A stretch of 64,000 nucleotides of DNA, from NCBI GenBank assembly GCA_947372925.1, contig CANBVQ010000001.1, positions 54,286 to 118,285 of the forward strand, written 5' to 3'. Below, one piece after another: positions 44,111 to 53,924 of the stretch; positions within the stretch are counted from its first letter, which is position 1, and every line of letters starts with the position of its first letter. This DNA comes from Acidimicrobiaceae bacterium (GTDB taxonomy: Bacteria; Actinomycetota; Acidimicrobiia; Acidimicrobiales; RAAP-2). The position numbers and the translations under genes are program-made. The notes beneath the pieces are model-generated. The model made no database searches. It was not told where the DNA came from and was given only the letters and a program-made list of their open reading frames with translations.

Positions 44111-46164
44111 CGATTCACCTCAACGGCCCTCTGCCGCAACTCGGCGTGTACGGAACGATTATCGACTGAGACAGTGCGTCGCCAACGGCGGTCTGACCCT
44201 AGTAACCACGAGTTCATATCGTCAGCCAAGGTTCGTTCCATGGAATCCACAATCGGCTCACGAAGCGCTGCATCTTCAATCGGGACGAGAACTTCAATCC
44301 GTCGTTCGAGGTTTCGCTCCATCAGGTCCGCCGAACCAATCAATAGAACGGAACTGGATTTGCGGGGGTCACCGAAGATAAATACTCGGGAGTGCTCGAG
44401 AAATTCGCCAACCACGCTCTTAATCGTTATGTTCTCCGACAGTCCATCAACCCCTGGTCGCAGTGAGCACAACGTGCGAACGACCAGGCGAATTCGCACC
44501 CCATCGGCATTCGCTCGATAGAGCGCGTCGATAACGGTTGGATCGGTCAAGCCGTTCACTTTGATGGTGATCAGGCCGGCACTACCAAGTGACGCCTGTT
44601 CATCGATTAATCCAATAATTGTCGACTTGGCGGCAACGGGTGACACAACCAACTTTCGGTAGGGAACGTGATGTGAGAAACCCGTCAGGAAATTGAACAA
44701 TTCTCCGATGTCATGGGTAATGGCCTCGTCGTCCGTCAACAAGCTGAAGTCCTCGTAAATACGAGCCGTCTTGGAGTTGTAGTTACCAGTGCCCACGTGG
44801 GCGTAACGACGGATTTCGTCATCCTCGCGGCGAAGAACGAGTGCCGTTTTGGAGTGGGTCTTAAGACCCATGACGCCATACATCACGTGCACGCCAGCAT
44901 CTTCAAGACTCTTGGCCCATTGGATATTGGCTGCCTCATCAAATCGTGCTTTGAGCTCCACGAGCGCCACCACCTGCTTGCCAGCGCCAGCTGCTCGAAT
45001 AAGCGAAGCAACAATCGGTGAATCACCACTCGTTCGATACAAAGTCTGCTTGATACCAACCACATCGGGATCGCTAGCGGCCTGATCAATGAACTCTTCG
45101 ATTGAATCCGCAAATGATTCGTAAGGGTGGTGCAGCAACATGCTGCCTTCACGAATAACTTCGAAAATATTCCGTACTTCACCTTCACCTACTAGGCGTC
45201 GCGGTGTAATTGGAGACCATCGGGCGAGCTGCAGATCGGGACGACGAAGACTGCACAACTGCCAAAGATCACCTAGCCCCAGGGGCGTATCGGTTACGTA
45301 GACACGATCAGGTTCGAGTTCCAGCTGCTCTACCAGCAACGCTAGAAACTCTGGACTCATAGCCCTCTGAATCTCAACCCTTAAGGCCTTGCCGAAACGT
45401 CTACGCCGAAGCTCCATTTCCACAGCGACAAGAAGGTCATCGGCCTCGTCATCCTCGAGCGCAAGGTCGGCATTACGGGTAACTCGAAATAGATCGGCAT
45501 GGCCAATTTCCATACCGGGAAATAGGACATCAAGGTTGCCGATAATGATCTCTTCAATCATGCACCACTGTTGATTCCCAGGCAGCGGAATGAAACGAGG
45601 AAGAGAACCGGGAACTTTGATGCGTGCGGCCCGTTCCTCACGTGTCACCGGATCTGTGACCGCCACGGCAATATTGAGCGAAAGATTGGAAATCTGCGGA
45701 AATGGATGCACCGGATCTACGGCCAACGGTGTCAACACGGGGTGCACACTCTTGAGAAAGTATTCCCGGAGCGAACTCTTAACCTCATCACCCAGAGAGG
45801 CATACGAAACAATCTCAATTCCTGCGGCAGCCAACTCCGGAAAAATACTGCCCATAACGATGGTTTCGAGGCGGTCGGTAAGGGTAAGCACGCGTTCGCG
45901 GACCGCTCGAAACTGATCAAGGGGGCGGAGGCCGTCTAGGGATGGGGTCGTAATTCCGGCCGCGATCTTGTCCTCGAGCGAAACCACCCGTACCTGGAAA
46001 AACTCATCCAGCATTTCAGCGTAAATCGCTACAAATTTGCTCCGCTCGAGCAGTGGTAACGAGGGGTCGTCGGCGAGGTCGAGGAGCCGCGATGCGAACT
46101 CCAGACGCGACAATTCACGGCTGGAGAAGCGCTCTGCGCCAAAACTCTCAAAACTCATCGACAT
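44107..46164 (-). CDS. ppk1: Polyphosphate kinase 1
   Basis: LDEFFQVRV, PVLTPLAVDPVHPFP, LLHHPYESF (phospho-His), ELKARFDE, HVGTGNYN, FLEHSR, SADLMERN. Confidence 0.96.
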   Translation of the reverse strand: MSMSFESFGAERFSSRELSRLEFASRLLDLADDPSLPLLERSKFVAIYAEMLDEFFQVRVVSLEDKIAAGITTPSLDGLRPLDQFRAVRERVLTLTDRLETIVMGSIFPELAAAGIEIVSYASLGDEVKSSLREYFLKSVHPVLTPLAVDPVHPFPQISNLSLNIAVAVTDPVTREERAARIKVPGSLPRFIPLPGNQQWCMIEEIIIGNLDVLFPGMEIGHADLFRVTRNADLALEDDEADDLLVAVEMELRRRRFGKALRVEIQRAMSPEFLALLVEQLELEPDRVYVTDTPLGLGDLWQLCSLRRPDLQLARWSPITPRRLVGEGEVRNIFEVIREGSMLLHHPYESFADSIEEFIDQAASDPDVVGIKQTLYRTSGDSPIVASLIRAAGAGKQVVALVELKARFDEAANIQWAKSLEDAGVHVMYGVMGLKTHSKTALVLRREDDEIRRYAHVGTGNYNSKTARIYEDFSLLTDDEAITHDIGELFNFLTGFSHHVPYRKLVVSPVAAKSTIIGLIDEQASLGSAGLITIKVNGLTDPTVIDALYRANADGVRIRLVVRTLCSLRPGVDGLSENITIKSVVGEFLEHSRVFIFGDPRKSSSVLLIGSADLMERNLERRIEVLVPIEDAALREPIVDSMERTLADDMNSWLLGSDRRWRRTVSVDNRSVHAELRQRAVEVNR

Positions 46165-46218
46165 ACCAGCCTTACGTTGTGTTCCCTCGGATTCTAGAAG
46201 GGCGGTACGCTGGGCACT

Positions 46219-47577
46219 GTGACGTCCCTTCGAACTTCGAATGAACTTCTGGCTCCCGCCGAAAAGGCCAATCGCCGAGGTGAACTAGGACTCCTACTTT
46301 TGGTGGATGTGCTAATCGGCGCCCTCTACGCATTGGCCTCCCTGGGCGCTAAAGGCCATATCCCCGCAAGCCTCATTGCCATCCTTGCCGCCATCATGGC
46401 AATGTCCGTGGGCGGCCACTTCGCTCTACGCGTTCTGGCTCCGCGGTCAAATCAGCTGCTCCTACCTCTCGCCTCTCTGCTGAACGGCATCGGTTATGTC
46501 GAGATTGCCCGGTGGAATCCAGCAAGGGCGCAAAACCAAGCGATCTGGTCATTCTTGGCGATCGGAGGCTTGATCGGGACTTTGTATTTTGTAAAACGCA
46601 GCCGAGACCTGGACCGTTACCGCTACATCACCCTCCTCAGCGCCATTTTCCTCATGGTCCTGCCACTCATTCCTGGCATAGGCATATCGGTTAATGGCGC
46701 CCGCCTCTGGATCGGGATTGGCTCGTACACTTTCCAGCCAATTGAGATCTCTAAAATCCTTCTCGCTCTATTTTTCGCCTCTTATTTTGCGTCCAATAAA
46801 GAACTACTTTCCAACACCACCAGAGTCATTGGCGGTCGCGCGTTCATCGATCCTCGAATTCTCTTTCCGATTGTCGTCACTTGGGGAATTGCACTTATGG
46901 TGCTGGGCCTTGAGAACGACATCGGTTTCGCTTCGTTGCTCTTTGCGCTCTTCCTATCCCTACTTTGGATTACCACTGGTCGCATCGGTTACGTCGTAAC
47001 GGGTCTCGGACTTCTGGTTACAGGTGGATTTGTGGCCTCACAACTCTTTTACCAAGTAAACCAGCGCTTTGCGGTTTGGCTCGACCCTTGGAGTACCCAC
47101 TCTTACGATCACGGTGGCCAACAAATTATCCAAGGTTGGTTCTCGCTTTCGGCTGGTGGACTAACAGGGACTGGAGTTGGACTTGGACAAGCCGGACGCT
47201 GGGTACCTGAAGTCACTTCAGACATGATCTACACGGCCATTGGCGAAGAGCTTGGTCTTTTGGGGTTGGTAATTGTGTTGAGCGCAATCTTGTTGATTGT
47301 GGCGCAGGGTTTTTTCATCGCCCAGAGGAGTCAAAATGACTTTTCACGCCTGGTCGCTGTTGGGCTCTCCACAATCATTGGCTTCCAAGCATTCTTCATC
47401 TGCGCCGGCATCCTGCGTGTTCTGCCATTGACCGGCATCACACTCCCCTTTGTGGCCTACGGTGGTAGTTCACTCTTGGCCAACTACATAATCCTGGGGC
47501 TCTTGCTGCGCATCTCAGATGAGAATCGCCGGCAAGCAGGCGGCGGTTTCATTCGCCAGATGCAGAACGAGATTTAA
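46219..47577 (+). CDS. SEDS-family peptidoglycan glycosyltransferase, resembling the actinobacterial pknB-cluster RodA
   Basis: LLPLASLLNGIG, NGARLWI, FQPIEISK, ENDIGFA, WLDPW, GLTGTGVGLG, GVLPLTGITLPF-like motif, YGGSS. Confidence 0.88.
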   Translation: MTSLRTSNELLAPAEKANRRGELGLLLLVDVLIGALYALASLGAKGHIPASLIAILAAIMAMSVGGHFALRVLAPRSNQLLLPLASLLNGIGYVEIARWNPARAQNQAIWSFLAIGGLIGTLYFVKRSRDLDRYRYITLLSAIFLMVLPLIPGIGISVNGARLWIGIGSYTFQPIEISKILLALFFASYFASNKELLSNTTRVIGGRAFIDPRILFPIVVTWGIALMVLGLENDIGFASLLFALFLSLLWITTGRIGYVVTGLGLLVTGGFVASQLFYQVNQRFAVWLDPWSTHSYDHGGQQIIQGWFSLSAGGLTGTGVGLGQAGRWVPEVTSDMIYTAIGEELGLLGLVIVLSAILLIVAQGFFIAQRSQNDFSRLVAVGLSTIIGFQAFFICAGILRVLPLTGITLPFVAYGGSSLLANYIILGLLLRISDENRRQAGGGFIRQMQNEI

Positions 47578-48044
47578 AAGTGTTGCTGTAACACCGACTC
47601 GGCACAGAGCACTGGTGCCGGCACAACCTGTCTCAAAGCGATTGCGAGACCATCAGTCAATCGGCAGGGAATAGTTACCTGTCCGCGTGGAGACATAAGG
47701 TCAAGTTCGGCGTAGTAAACACCAAGTTCTTGCTTGACAATACGCACCGCAATGACGTCCACATTCACACCTTGCAGAGTGCTGACGAACAGTTCGTGGG
47801 TACTGGGACGAGGACTGCTTCGCCCCTCGAGTGCCATTGCAATGGCCTGAGCGTCGGGTAGAGCCACGGTCACGGCGAGGCTTCTAAACGGTGCCTCCGC
47901 CTCCTGCAGATTGATCTCGGGGTGGGGTTCGGGTAGTAGGTAGGTCACAGAGACGACGTTCATCACTCGGAATGTCTCGTACTCGTCGACTTCGGCGAGT
48001 ACGTCGTCGGAACTGATTTCAGTGCTGGCGTTCTCATCAGTCAT
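47574..48044 (-). CDS. Bifunctional nuclease family protein (DUF151/BFN)
   Basis: DAQAIAMALEGRSSPRPSTHELF, GVYYAEL and CRLTDGLAIALR match the BFN pattern. ATG at 48044. Confidence 0.8.
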   Translation of the reverse strand: MTDENASTEISSDDVLAEVDEYETFRVMNVVSVTYLLPEPHPEINLQEAEAPFRSLAVTVALPDAQAIAMALEGRSSPRPSTHELFVSTLQGVNVDVIAVRIVKQELGVYYAELDLMSPRGQVTIPCRLTDGLAIALRQVVPAPVLCAESVLQQHF

Positions 48045-48054
48045 GTATGACAGC

Positions 48055-49188
48055 CTAATTCCCTCGTCGTCGTGAGACTGAAAGCACCATACCAATAGCC
48101 GCAGAGAAAACAAGGGCGGCTGTTCCACCGTAACTAACCAAGGGAAGGGGGATGCCGGTCACCGGCATGATCCCCATAGTCATCCCAATGTTTTGGAAGC
48201 TACTGAAGGAGAAGAAGACGAATATGCCCACGCAAAGAAGTCTGCCGAATTGCTCCTTGGCATCCCTTGAAATAACAAAAATCCGATATGCCACCGATGC
48301 GAGAAGCCCCAGAAATACCAGTGAACCTATGAGACCGAGTTGTTCACCTATGGCCGTGAAGATGAAGTCCGTACGCTGTTCCGGGACGTAACCCAGGTTG
48401 GTCTGCAAACCGTTGAAGAGTCCCATACCCTTCAAGCCACCAGCGCCAATTGCATTCTTTGCGTTATCTACGTGATAGATCGCGGCGGCCAACGCGGGAT
48501 CATTCGAATTCTGATTAAGAAACGACGTCAAGCGCGAGAGTTGATACTTCTGCAGGAAGCCCACGGCTACGGCAGAAATCGCCCCAATTACACCGAGTAC
48601 CGCCAAAAGAGCCATAAACCTCGGAGGCACCCCGGCAATGACGATCATGATGCCGACAGTGACCGCAATGATGATGGCTGTACCTAAGTCGGGCTGTACC
48701 GCAATGATGGCCATCGGTAATCCCGCCATAAACAAGATGCGAATCACATCCCGCTGAACAAGTCCTTGAGGGCGGCGAGCGCTGTAGGCAGAAGCCGTCA
48801 TAATCAAAGCCAACACCATGAATTCGCTTGGCTGTACCTGAAAGAAACCCACATTGAACCATCGCTGGGCACCCAGTGCTGATGAACCGAAGAAAATCAC
48901 GCCCACAAGTCCAGCGATGCCTGATAGATACGCTGGTGTGGCAACAATTTCAAACCTGCGATGGTCAACTCGGGAAACAACCCACATGACGGCCAGGCCG
49001 ATACAGACCCACATAGTTTGACGCTTCAAGTAATACGCAGGGTCATACCCAGCATTAGTTAAGGCAATCTTCGTAGCTGAGTAGATCATGAGATCACCGA
49101 AAAGGGCGAGAGTGACGATGCCAAAAAGGAGGCCGCGATCAACCGATCCTCCGCCTAGGTCGCTCGAAGCTCGAGGCAACATCTTCAT
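48055..49188 (-). CDS. rodA: Rod shape-determining protein RodA (MrdB-type SEDS)
   Basis: GAQRWF, QPSEF, QPDLGTA, YQLSRL, YVPEQRTDFIF..IGEQLG, NIGMTMGIMPVTGIPLPLVSYGG. Confidence 0.85.
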   Translation of the reverse strand: MKMLPRASSDLGGGSVDRGLLFGIVTLALFGDLMIYSATKIALTNAGYDPAYYLKRQTMWVCIGLAVMWVVSRVDHRRFEIVATPAYLSGIAGLVGVIFFGSSALGAQRWFNVGFFQVQPSEFMVLALIMTASAYSARRPQGLVQRDVIRILFMAGLPMAIIAVQPDLGTAIIIAVTVGIMIVIAGVPPRFMALLAVLGVIGAISAVAVGFLQKYQLSRLTSFLNQNSNDPALAAAIYHVDNAKNAIGAGGLKGMGLFNGLQTNLGYVPEQRTDFIFTAIGEQLGLIGSLVFLGLLASVAYRIFVISRDAKEQFGRLLCVGIFVFFSFSSFQNIGMTMGIMPVTGIPLPLVSYGGTAALVFSAAIGMVLSVSRRRGN

Positions 49189-49970
49189 AGCGACACCGCT
49201 TCACGAAGCACGGAAATTGGAATGTCGGCATCGAACCACCAATCAAGCTGCAACTTCGCCTGCCACACCAACATCATCTTGCCATTGGCAACTCGTGAAG
49301 AAACATCCCGTTGCTCCGCCATCCAGGCAGTCTCCGCCGGTTCATAAGACAGGTCCACGAAAGCAGTTTGACCCCCTGTGGACACGGCAGGTAGTGCTTC
49401 CGTGTCACCCGTCAAGCTCACTGGCGTTGCATTGACGACCAAATCTGGCTCGCCCGTACTAACGGAGACACCGCGAACGCGGGAATCGCCGGCGAATGCA
49501 GCCAGCTGGCCGCGCTCACTCCGGAGCAGCACGTCGATGCGACCAACTCCCCGAGTTAGAAGTGAGGCAATGATGGAACGTGCAGCGCCACCGGCGCCAA
49601 TGATCGTTACATTCGCGTCACGCACATCGACATCGAGCTCGCTAATTATTGCGCGACAAAAACCCTCCCCGTCGACGTTTCGACCGAAAATACGCCCTTC
49701 GAAAACGCGGACCGAGTTGACTGCACCAACTTGCCGGGACAGGGCGTCAACATCATCACAAAGCTCAAGCATTCGATCTTTCAGAGGAAATGTCACTGAG
49801 AGTGCGTTAAAACCGTGGACTGTCGACCGGAGACGCTTCAAATCAGCGCCATCGTCATCAACCGCGAGGCTCTCTCCATCTATAGCGAGATACCCCATTG
49901 CGGCACGGTGCAAGCGTGGCGATAAGGAATGACCCACGGGAGAACCGATGACACCGCTTCGGAACATCAC
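49185..49970 (-). CDS. aroE: Shikimate dehydrogenase
   Basis: GSPVGHSLSP, VTFPLK, GAVNSV, NVDG, IGAGGAAR, VVNATP, DLSYEP. Confidence 0.85.
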   Translation of the reverse strand: MMFRSGVIGSPVGHSLSPRLHRAAMGYLAIDGESLAVDDDGADLKRLRSTVHGFNALSVTFPLKDRMLELCDDVDALSRQVGAVNSVRVFEGRIFGRNVDGEGFCRAIISELDVDVRDANVTIIGAGGAARSIIASLLTRGVGRIDVLLRSERGQLAAFAGDSRVRGVSVSTGEPDLVVNATPVSLTGDTEALPAVSTGGQTAFVDLSYEPAETAWMAEQRDVSSRVANGKMMLVWQAKLQLDWWFDADIPISVLREAVSL

Positions 49971-50959
49971 AGGCCTCGACTTCTCGCTAATTCAATATTC
50001 GCGAGGTGCTCCGTATAGGTGACCGCAAATGCCTCGGTACCGGTTTGGTCGACAACGACGAAGTAGAGCCATTTACCCGCCGGTGGGTCAATGATCGCAC
50101 GAAGAGCGGCGGATCCCATTTGGCATATCGGCGTTGGAGTCAAGCCTGGGTGGAGGTACGTGTTGTACGGGGTGTCAATCTTCAACATCGCTGGAGTGAC
50201 TTTGACGCCATCTTTTTGTAACGAGTAGAGAACCGTGGCGTCCATCTGTAGTCCGCCGCCACGCTTGAGGCGATTCAAGATCACCCTGCCCACCTGGGGC
50301 ATATTCTTTTCGTAGAAGCCTTCTTTTTCAATAATTGACGCCGCCGTGATGAGCTCGTAGGCCTTTAAGCCGTGGATGACCGTAGATGGCGTGATGCCCA
50401 CTCGACTGAGCTGAGTTAGAAAGCGGCTCTTCATATGGCCAACCAAGCGTGATGGCGTTTCGTCGGGACCGACAATGTAGGCACCCGTGCCTAACAGCCC
50501 TTCGAGACTCGTTGCGCCAAAGGCATTCAGCCTCGCCTCGTTATGAACAACCGCAGTAAACGAACTTGTGTAGGTCGAATCCTTGATGGTCGCTAGTTGT
50601 AACGAAATTTGTCGAATCGTCATTCCCGGTGTGACGTACAAAACGTTGGCATTTGGGCCTCCGCTCAATGCTTTGCGGATGGCTGCGTGGGAAGAATTCT
50701 GTCGTACAACATAGATCCCTGGCCGGATAATTGGTGCCCCGAAAATCGCTAAATCAATCTTGAAAGCCAGAGTCGAACTCAGTACGTGATGATCCGCCAA
50801 GTCCGAAGCCACTTCAGACAGCGACTCGCCTGGTACCACTTTGATTACAGTCTGCGTTCCTGGTGCGCTTAAGGGGTATGCCGACCAGGCCAGCCGCCCG
50901 GCGAAGAGGGCAATGGCAACCAAGACCCCTACTACGACTAGCCGTCTACGGCTGCGCAT
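49967..50959 (-). CDS. mltG: Endolytic transglycosylase MltG (YceG family)
   Basis: N-terminal TM, LEGLL, ASIIEKE (catalytic Glu), LQMDATV, PYNTY...GLTPTPI, LYFV. Confidence 0.92.
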   Translation of the reverse strand: MRSRRRLVVVGVLVAIALFAGRLAWSAYPLSAPGTQTVIKVVPGESLSEVASDLADHHVLSSTLAFKIDLAIFGAPIIRPGIYVVRQNSSHAAIRKALSGGPNANVLYVTPGMTIRQISLQLATIKDSTYTSSFTAVVHNEARLNAFGATSLEGLLGTGAYIVGPDETPSRLVGHMKSRFLTQLSRVGITPSTVIHGLKAYELITAASIIEKEGFYEKNMPQVGRVILNRLKRGGGLQMDATVLYSLQKDGVKVTPAMLKIDTPYNTYLHPGLTPTPICQMGSAALRAIIDPPAGKWLYFVVVDQTGTEAFAVTYTEHLANIELARSRGL

Positions 50960-51356
50960 CGAGAACTCCTTGCAGTAGAACTACTGCAGACGCACTGTCG
51001 ATGTCCTTGCGCTGATTCTTTTGGCTCTTTCCAGCAGACGCCATCTGTTTGGAAGCGCTGGCGGTCGTCAATCTTTCATCAACGACGATGAATGTTACGT
51101 CGGGCAGTGCGATACGGATTTCTTCGAGGAACTCTGCCGCCATCGCTGTACTGGTTGTTTCCCTACCGCTCAGAGCGACTGGCCGGCCTACAAGAATCTC
51201 GTGGACTTCCTCTTCCCGAACCAGCAATTCCAAGGCCGCGAGCCACTCCCCCTCGCGAACCAGACACTCTCGGGGAAACGCCATAGTGCGCCCACTGTTC
51301 GACACAGCAACGCCGATACGCCTAGTACCGGGGTCGAGAGCCATCAGGCGCGACAC
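50946..51356 (-). CDS. ruvX: YqgF/RuvX family pre-16S rRNA nuclease
   Basis: ALDPGTRRIGVAVS, LVGRP, DERLTT, DSASAVVLL. Confidence 0.92.
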   Translation of the reverse strand: MSRLMALDPGTRRIGVAVSNSGRTMAFPRECLVREGEWLAALELLVREEEVHEILVGRPVALSGRETTSTAMAAEFLEEIRIALPDVTFIVVDERLTTASASKQMASAGKSQKNQRKDIDSASAVVLLQGVLDAQP

Positions 51357-51358
51357 GG

Positions 51359-53920
51359 CTAACTCCCGAGCAGTTCTTTGGCCTTTTCGAGAGCCGCTTC
51401 AATACCTTCAACGTTCTTGCCCCCGGCAGTCGCCAGTTCCGTTGAACCACCGCCACCACCGCCAACAAGAGCGCCCAGATCCTTGACGATGGACTTGGCG
51501 TCAATGGCTCCGTCAGTAGCCACCGCCATCGCCACCTTGCCATCGCCCGCACTACCAATTAGAACGAGTGCCTTTGCCCCTCGCTGTCGTAGGTCCTGGG
51601 CCACGGTACGCAGTTCATCGACGGGGAGATCATCGACGCGAGCAATGAGAACCCCTGACGAAACTGCGCCCATCAAGCTCGCAGCAAGCGAGGCAAGAGA
51701 GGCCTGACGGAGCGCGGTTAGAGCTCGCTCAGTTTCACGTTGCTTGTCAATCAGTCGCTCAAGAGAGGGGACTACTTCGTCTTGACTTGTTTTCAACGTC
51801 GTGGCGATACTGGCTAACACCAACTCCATCTCCCGTGATCGACGCATGGCGCCCAGTCCGGTGACTGCCTCGAGCCGTCGGGTATTCGATCCAATGGATG
51901 CCTCAGAAACCACCTGGATCTGACCAATGTCACCAAGGCGCTGCACATGGGTGCCGCCGCAGAACTCTAGGGAATTCGCACCGGCTCGAACCACTCGCAC
52001 TCGATCGCCATATTTGTCTCCAAAGAAGGCCACAGCGCCCATAGCTTCGGCTTCCTGGCGGGAAGCTTCCACAGTGTCGACAGAATCATTAACCACAACA
52101 TCGTTATTAACCATGGACAAGACTGCGTCGATTTCTTCAGTTGCCAAACCACTGGTGTGGGCGAAGTCAAAACGAAGTCGGTCAGGCTCAACGAGTGAAC
52201 CTTGCTGACGGACATGATCTCCTAAAACCGTACGTAACGCCGCATGAAGCAAATGAGTTGCCGTATGGTTCCGGCGAACTGCGTCCCGTCGGAGCCCATC
52301 GATTGTGGCCACCGCTACCTGCCCGGGCAATATTTCACCGGTGAGTTTGCCTCGGTGGGAAACCAATCCTCCGAGAACGCTTTGAGTATCAGCCACCTCA
52401 AGGCGGCCCGTTTCCGTCACGATTGTTCCGGTGTCGCCTACCTGACCACCAGATTCTGCATAGAACGGGGTTGTATCTAGAAATACTTCGACGGTGCCAT
52501 CTGCGGCGGTCATCGAACCAAGGACGGTCGATTCAATGCTGTACCGGGCCGCGTCGCGTCCGATAAAGGTTGTAACACCATTTGCATCCGCAATTTCCCG
52601 ATAAACAGAGTCGTCGCCTACAGTCTTGGACTTTGCGGCAGCTCGCGCACGAGTTCGCTGGTCACCCATGGCGACGTCAAATGCGGCGCGATCGACCGTA
52701 AGTCCACGCTCCTCCACAACCTCAGCCGTCAACTCGAGAGGAAAACCGTGGGTGTCGTGCAGTTTGAACGCGACATCACCCGGAAATATTGTCGCCTTCG
52801 ACGCAACGACATTCTCCGCCTCGTCGGTCAGTAGCGAGAGTCCGGCGCGCAACGTGCGTGCGAATCCATCTTCCTCGCGCTGGAGGATTGATGTGATCAA
52901 TGACTGGTCGGTACTTAGCGACGGGTAGGCATCAGCCATCTTGGCCACCGTTGCCGCGACGAGTGCCTCGGTAACCGCTCGATCGGAGCCTTCACGTCGT
53001 GCCGCCAAGATGGCTCGTCGGATGATTCGACGCAAAACGTAACCGCGCCCTTCGTTTGACGGCAGAACACCATCGGATACCAGCATCGTCATCGCTCGAC
53101 CGTGTTCGGCAATGCGACGAATGGCGATGTCGGTGTTCTCGTCTTTTCCGTACGCCTTGCCAACAATGGACTGAGCAGTCTCCATCAACGGAACAAAGAG
53201 ATCGGTGGCGAAGACAGAATCTTCATTGTTGCGAATTGACAGAACTCGTTCGAATCCCGCACCAGTATCAATATTCTTTTTCGGCAGGTCTAACAGAGAG
53301 CCATCACCACCACGGTTGTACTGCATGAAGACCAAGTTCCAAAACTCTACGAAGCGGTCACCGTCGCCATTTGCTGGACCACCATCGGCTCCGTACTTGG
53401 GACCCTTGTCGAAATAGATCTCGGAACAGGGGCCGCAAGGACCGACATCACCCATGGCCCAGAAATTGTCTTCATCCAGTCGCTGAATTCTCTCAGGGCG
53501 AATCCCCGCAACTGATTGCCAGATATCGCTGGCGTCATTGTCGGAAACGTGCACAGTCACCCAGAGCTGTTCGGGATCGAATCCGAATCCCTCAGTGATG
53601 AGTCCCCAGGCAAACTGGATGGCCTCCTCTTTGAAATAGTCCCCGAAGCTGAAATTCCCCATCATCTCGAAGAAGGTGAGGTGCCGTTTTGTCATACCAA
53701 TCTGGTCAATATCGGGTGCACGGAAGCACTTTTGAATCGAGGCAGCTCGAGAATAGCTAGGTGTCTCATCGCCCACGAAGTACGGCTTGAAAGGCACCAT
53801 TCCGGCAATAGTGAACAGCAGCTCCGGGTCGTGAGGAATCAAACTCGCAGACGGCACAAGGGTGTGTCCGTTCTCCTCGAAATATCTCAGAAATCTACGT
53901 CGTAATTCAGCCGCTTCCAC
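51359..53920 (-). CDS. alaS: Alanine--tRNA ligase
   Basis: FTIAGMVPFK, HLTFFEMMGNFSFGDYFK, WNLVFMQY, DTGAGFER; editing motifs HTATHLLH and EFCGGTH. Confidence 0.98.
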   Translation of the reverse strand: MEAAELRRRFLRYFEENGHTLVPSASLIPHDPELLFTIAGMVPFKPYFVGDETPSYSRAASIQKCFRAPDIDQIGMTKRHLTFFEMMGNFSFGDYFKEEAIQFAWGLITEGFGFDPEQLWVTVHVSDNDASDIWQSVAGIRPERIQRLDEDNFWAMGDVGPCGPCSEIYFDKGPKYGADGGPANGDGDRFVEFWNLVFMQYNRGGDGSLLDLPKKNIDTGAGFERVLSIRNNEDSVFATDLFVPLMETAQSIVGKAYGKDENTDIAIRRIAEHGRAMTMLVSDGVLPSNEGRGYVLRRIIRRAILAARREGSDRAVTEALVAATVAKMADAYPSLSTDQSLITSILQREEDGFARTLRAGLSLLTDEAENVVASKATIFPGDVAFKLHDTHGFPLELTAEVVEERGLTVDRAAFDVAMGDQRTRARAAAKSKTVGDDSVYREIADANGVTTFIGRDAARYSIESTVLGSMTAADGTVEVFLDTTPFYAESGGQVGDTGTIVTETGRLEVADTQSVLGGLVSHRGKLTGEILPGQVAVATIDGLRRDAVRRNHTATHLLHAALRTVLGDHVRQQGSLVEPDRLRFDFAHTSGLATEEIDAVLSMVNNDVVVNDSVDTVEASRQEAEAMGAVAFFGDKYGDRVRVVRAGANSLEFCGGTHVQRLGDIGQIQVVSEASIGSNTRRLEAVTGLGAMRRSREMELVLASIATTLKTSQDEVVPSLERLIDKQRETERALTALRQASLASLAASLMGAVSSGVLIARVDDLPVDELRTVAQDLRQRGAKALVLIGSAGDGKVAMAVATDGAIDAKSIVKDLGALVGGGGGGSTELATAGGKNVEGIEAALEKAKELLGS

Positions 53921-53924
53921 GGTC

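Noticed and set aside
44107-46164. Divergent PPK1 N-terminus (SRELSRLEFA versus the usual NRELSWLxFN) as a sign of a pseudogene
   Set aside because: The ORF is full length, with the phospho-His motif and both PLD-like domains intact.
48045-48128. 5' extension of the DUF151 ORF into rodA
   Set aside because: It overlaps the rodA 3' end; a -10 box and ATG support 48044.
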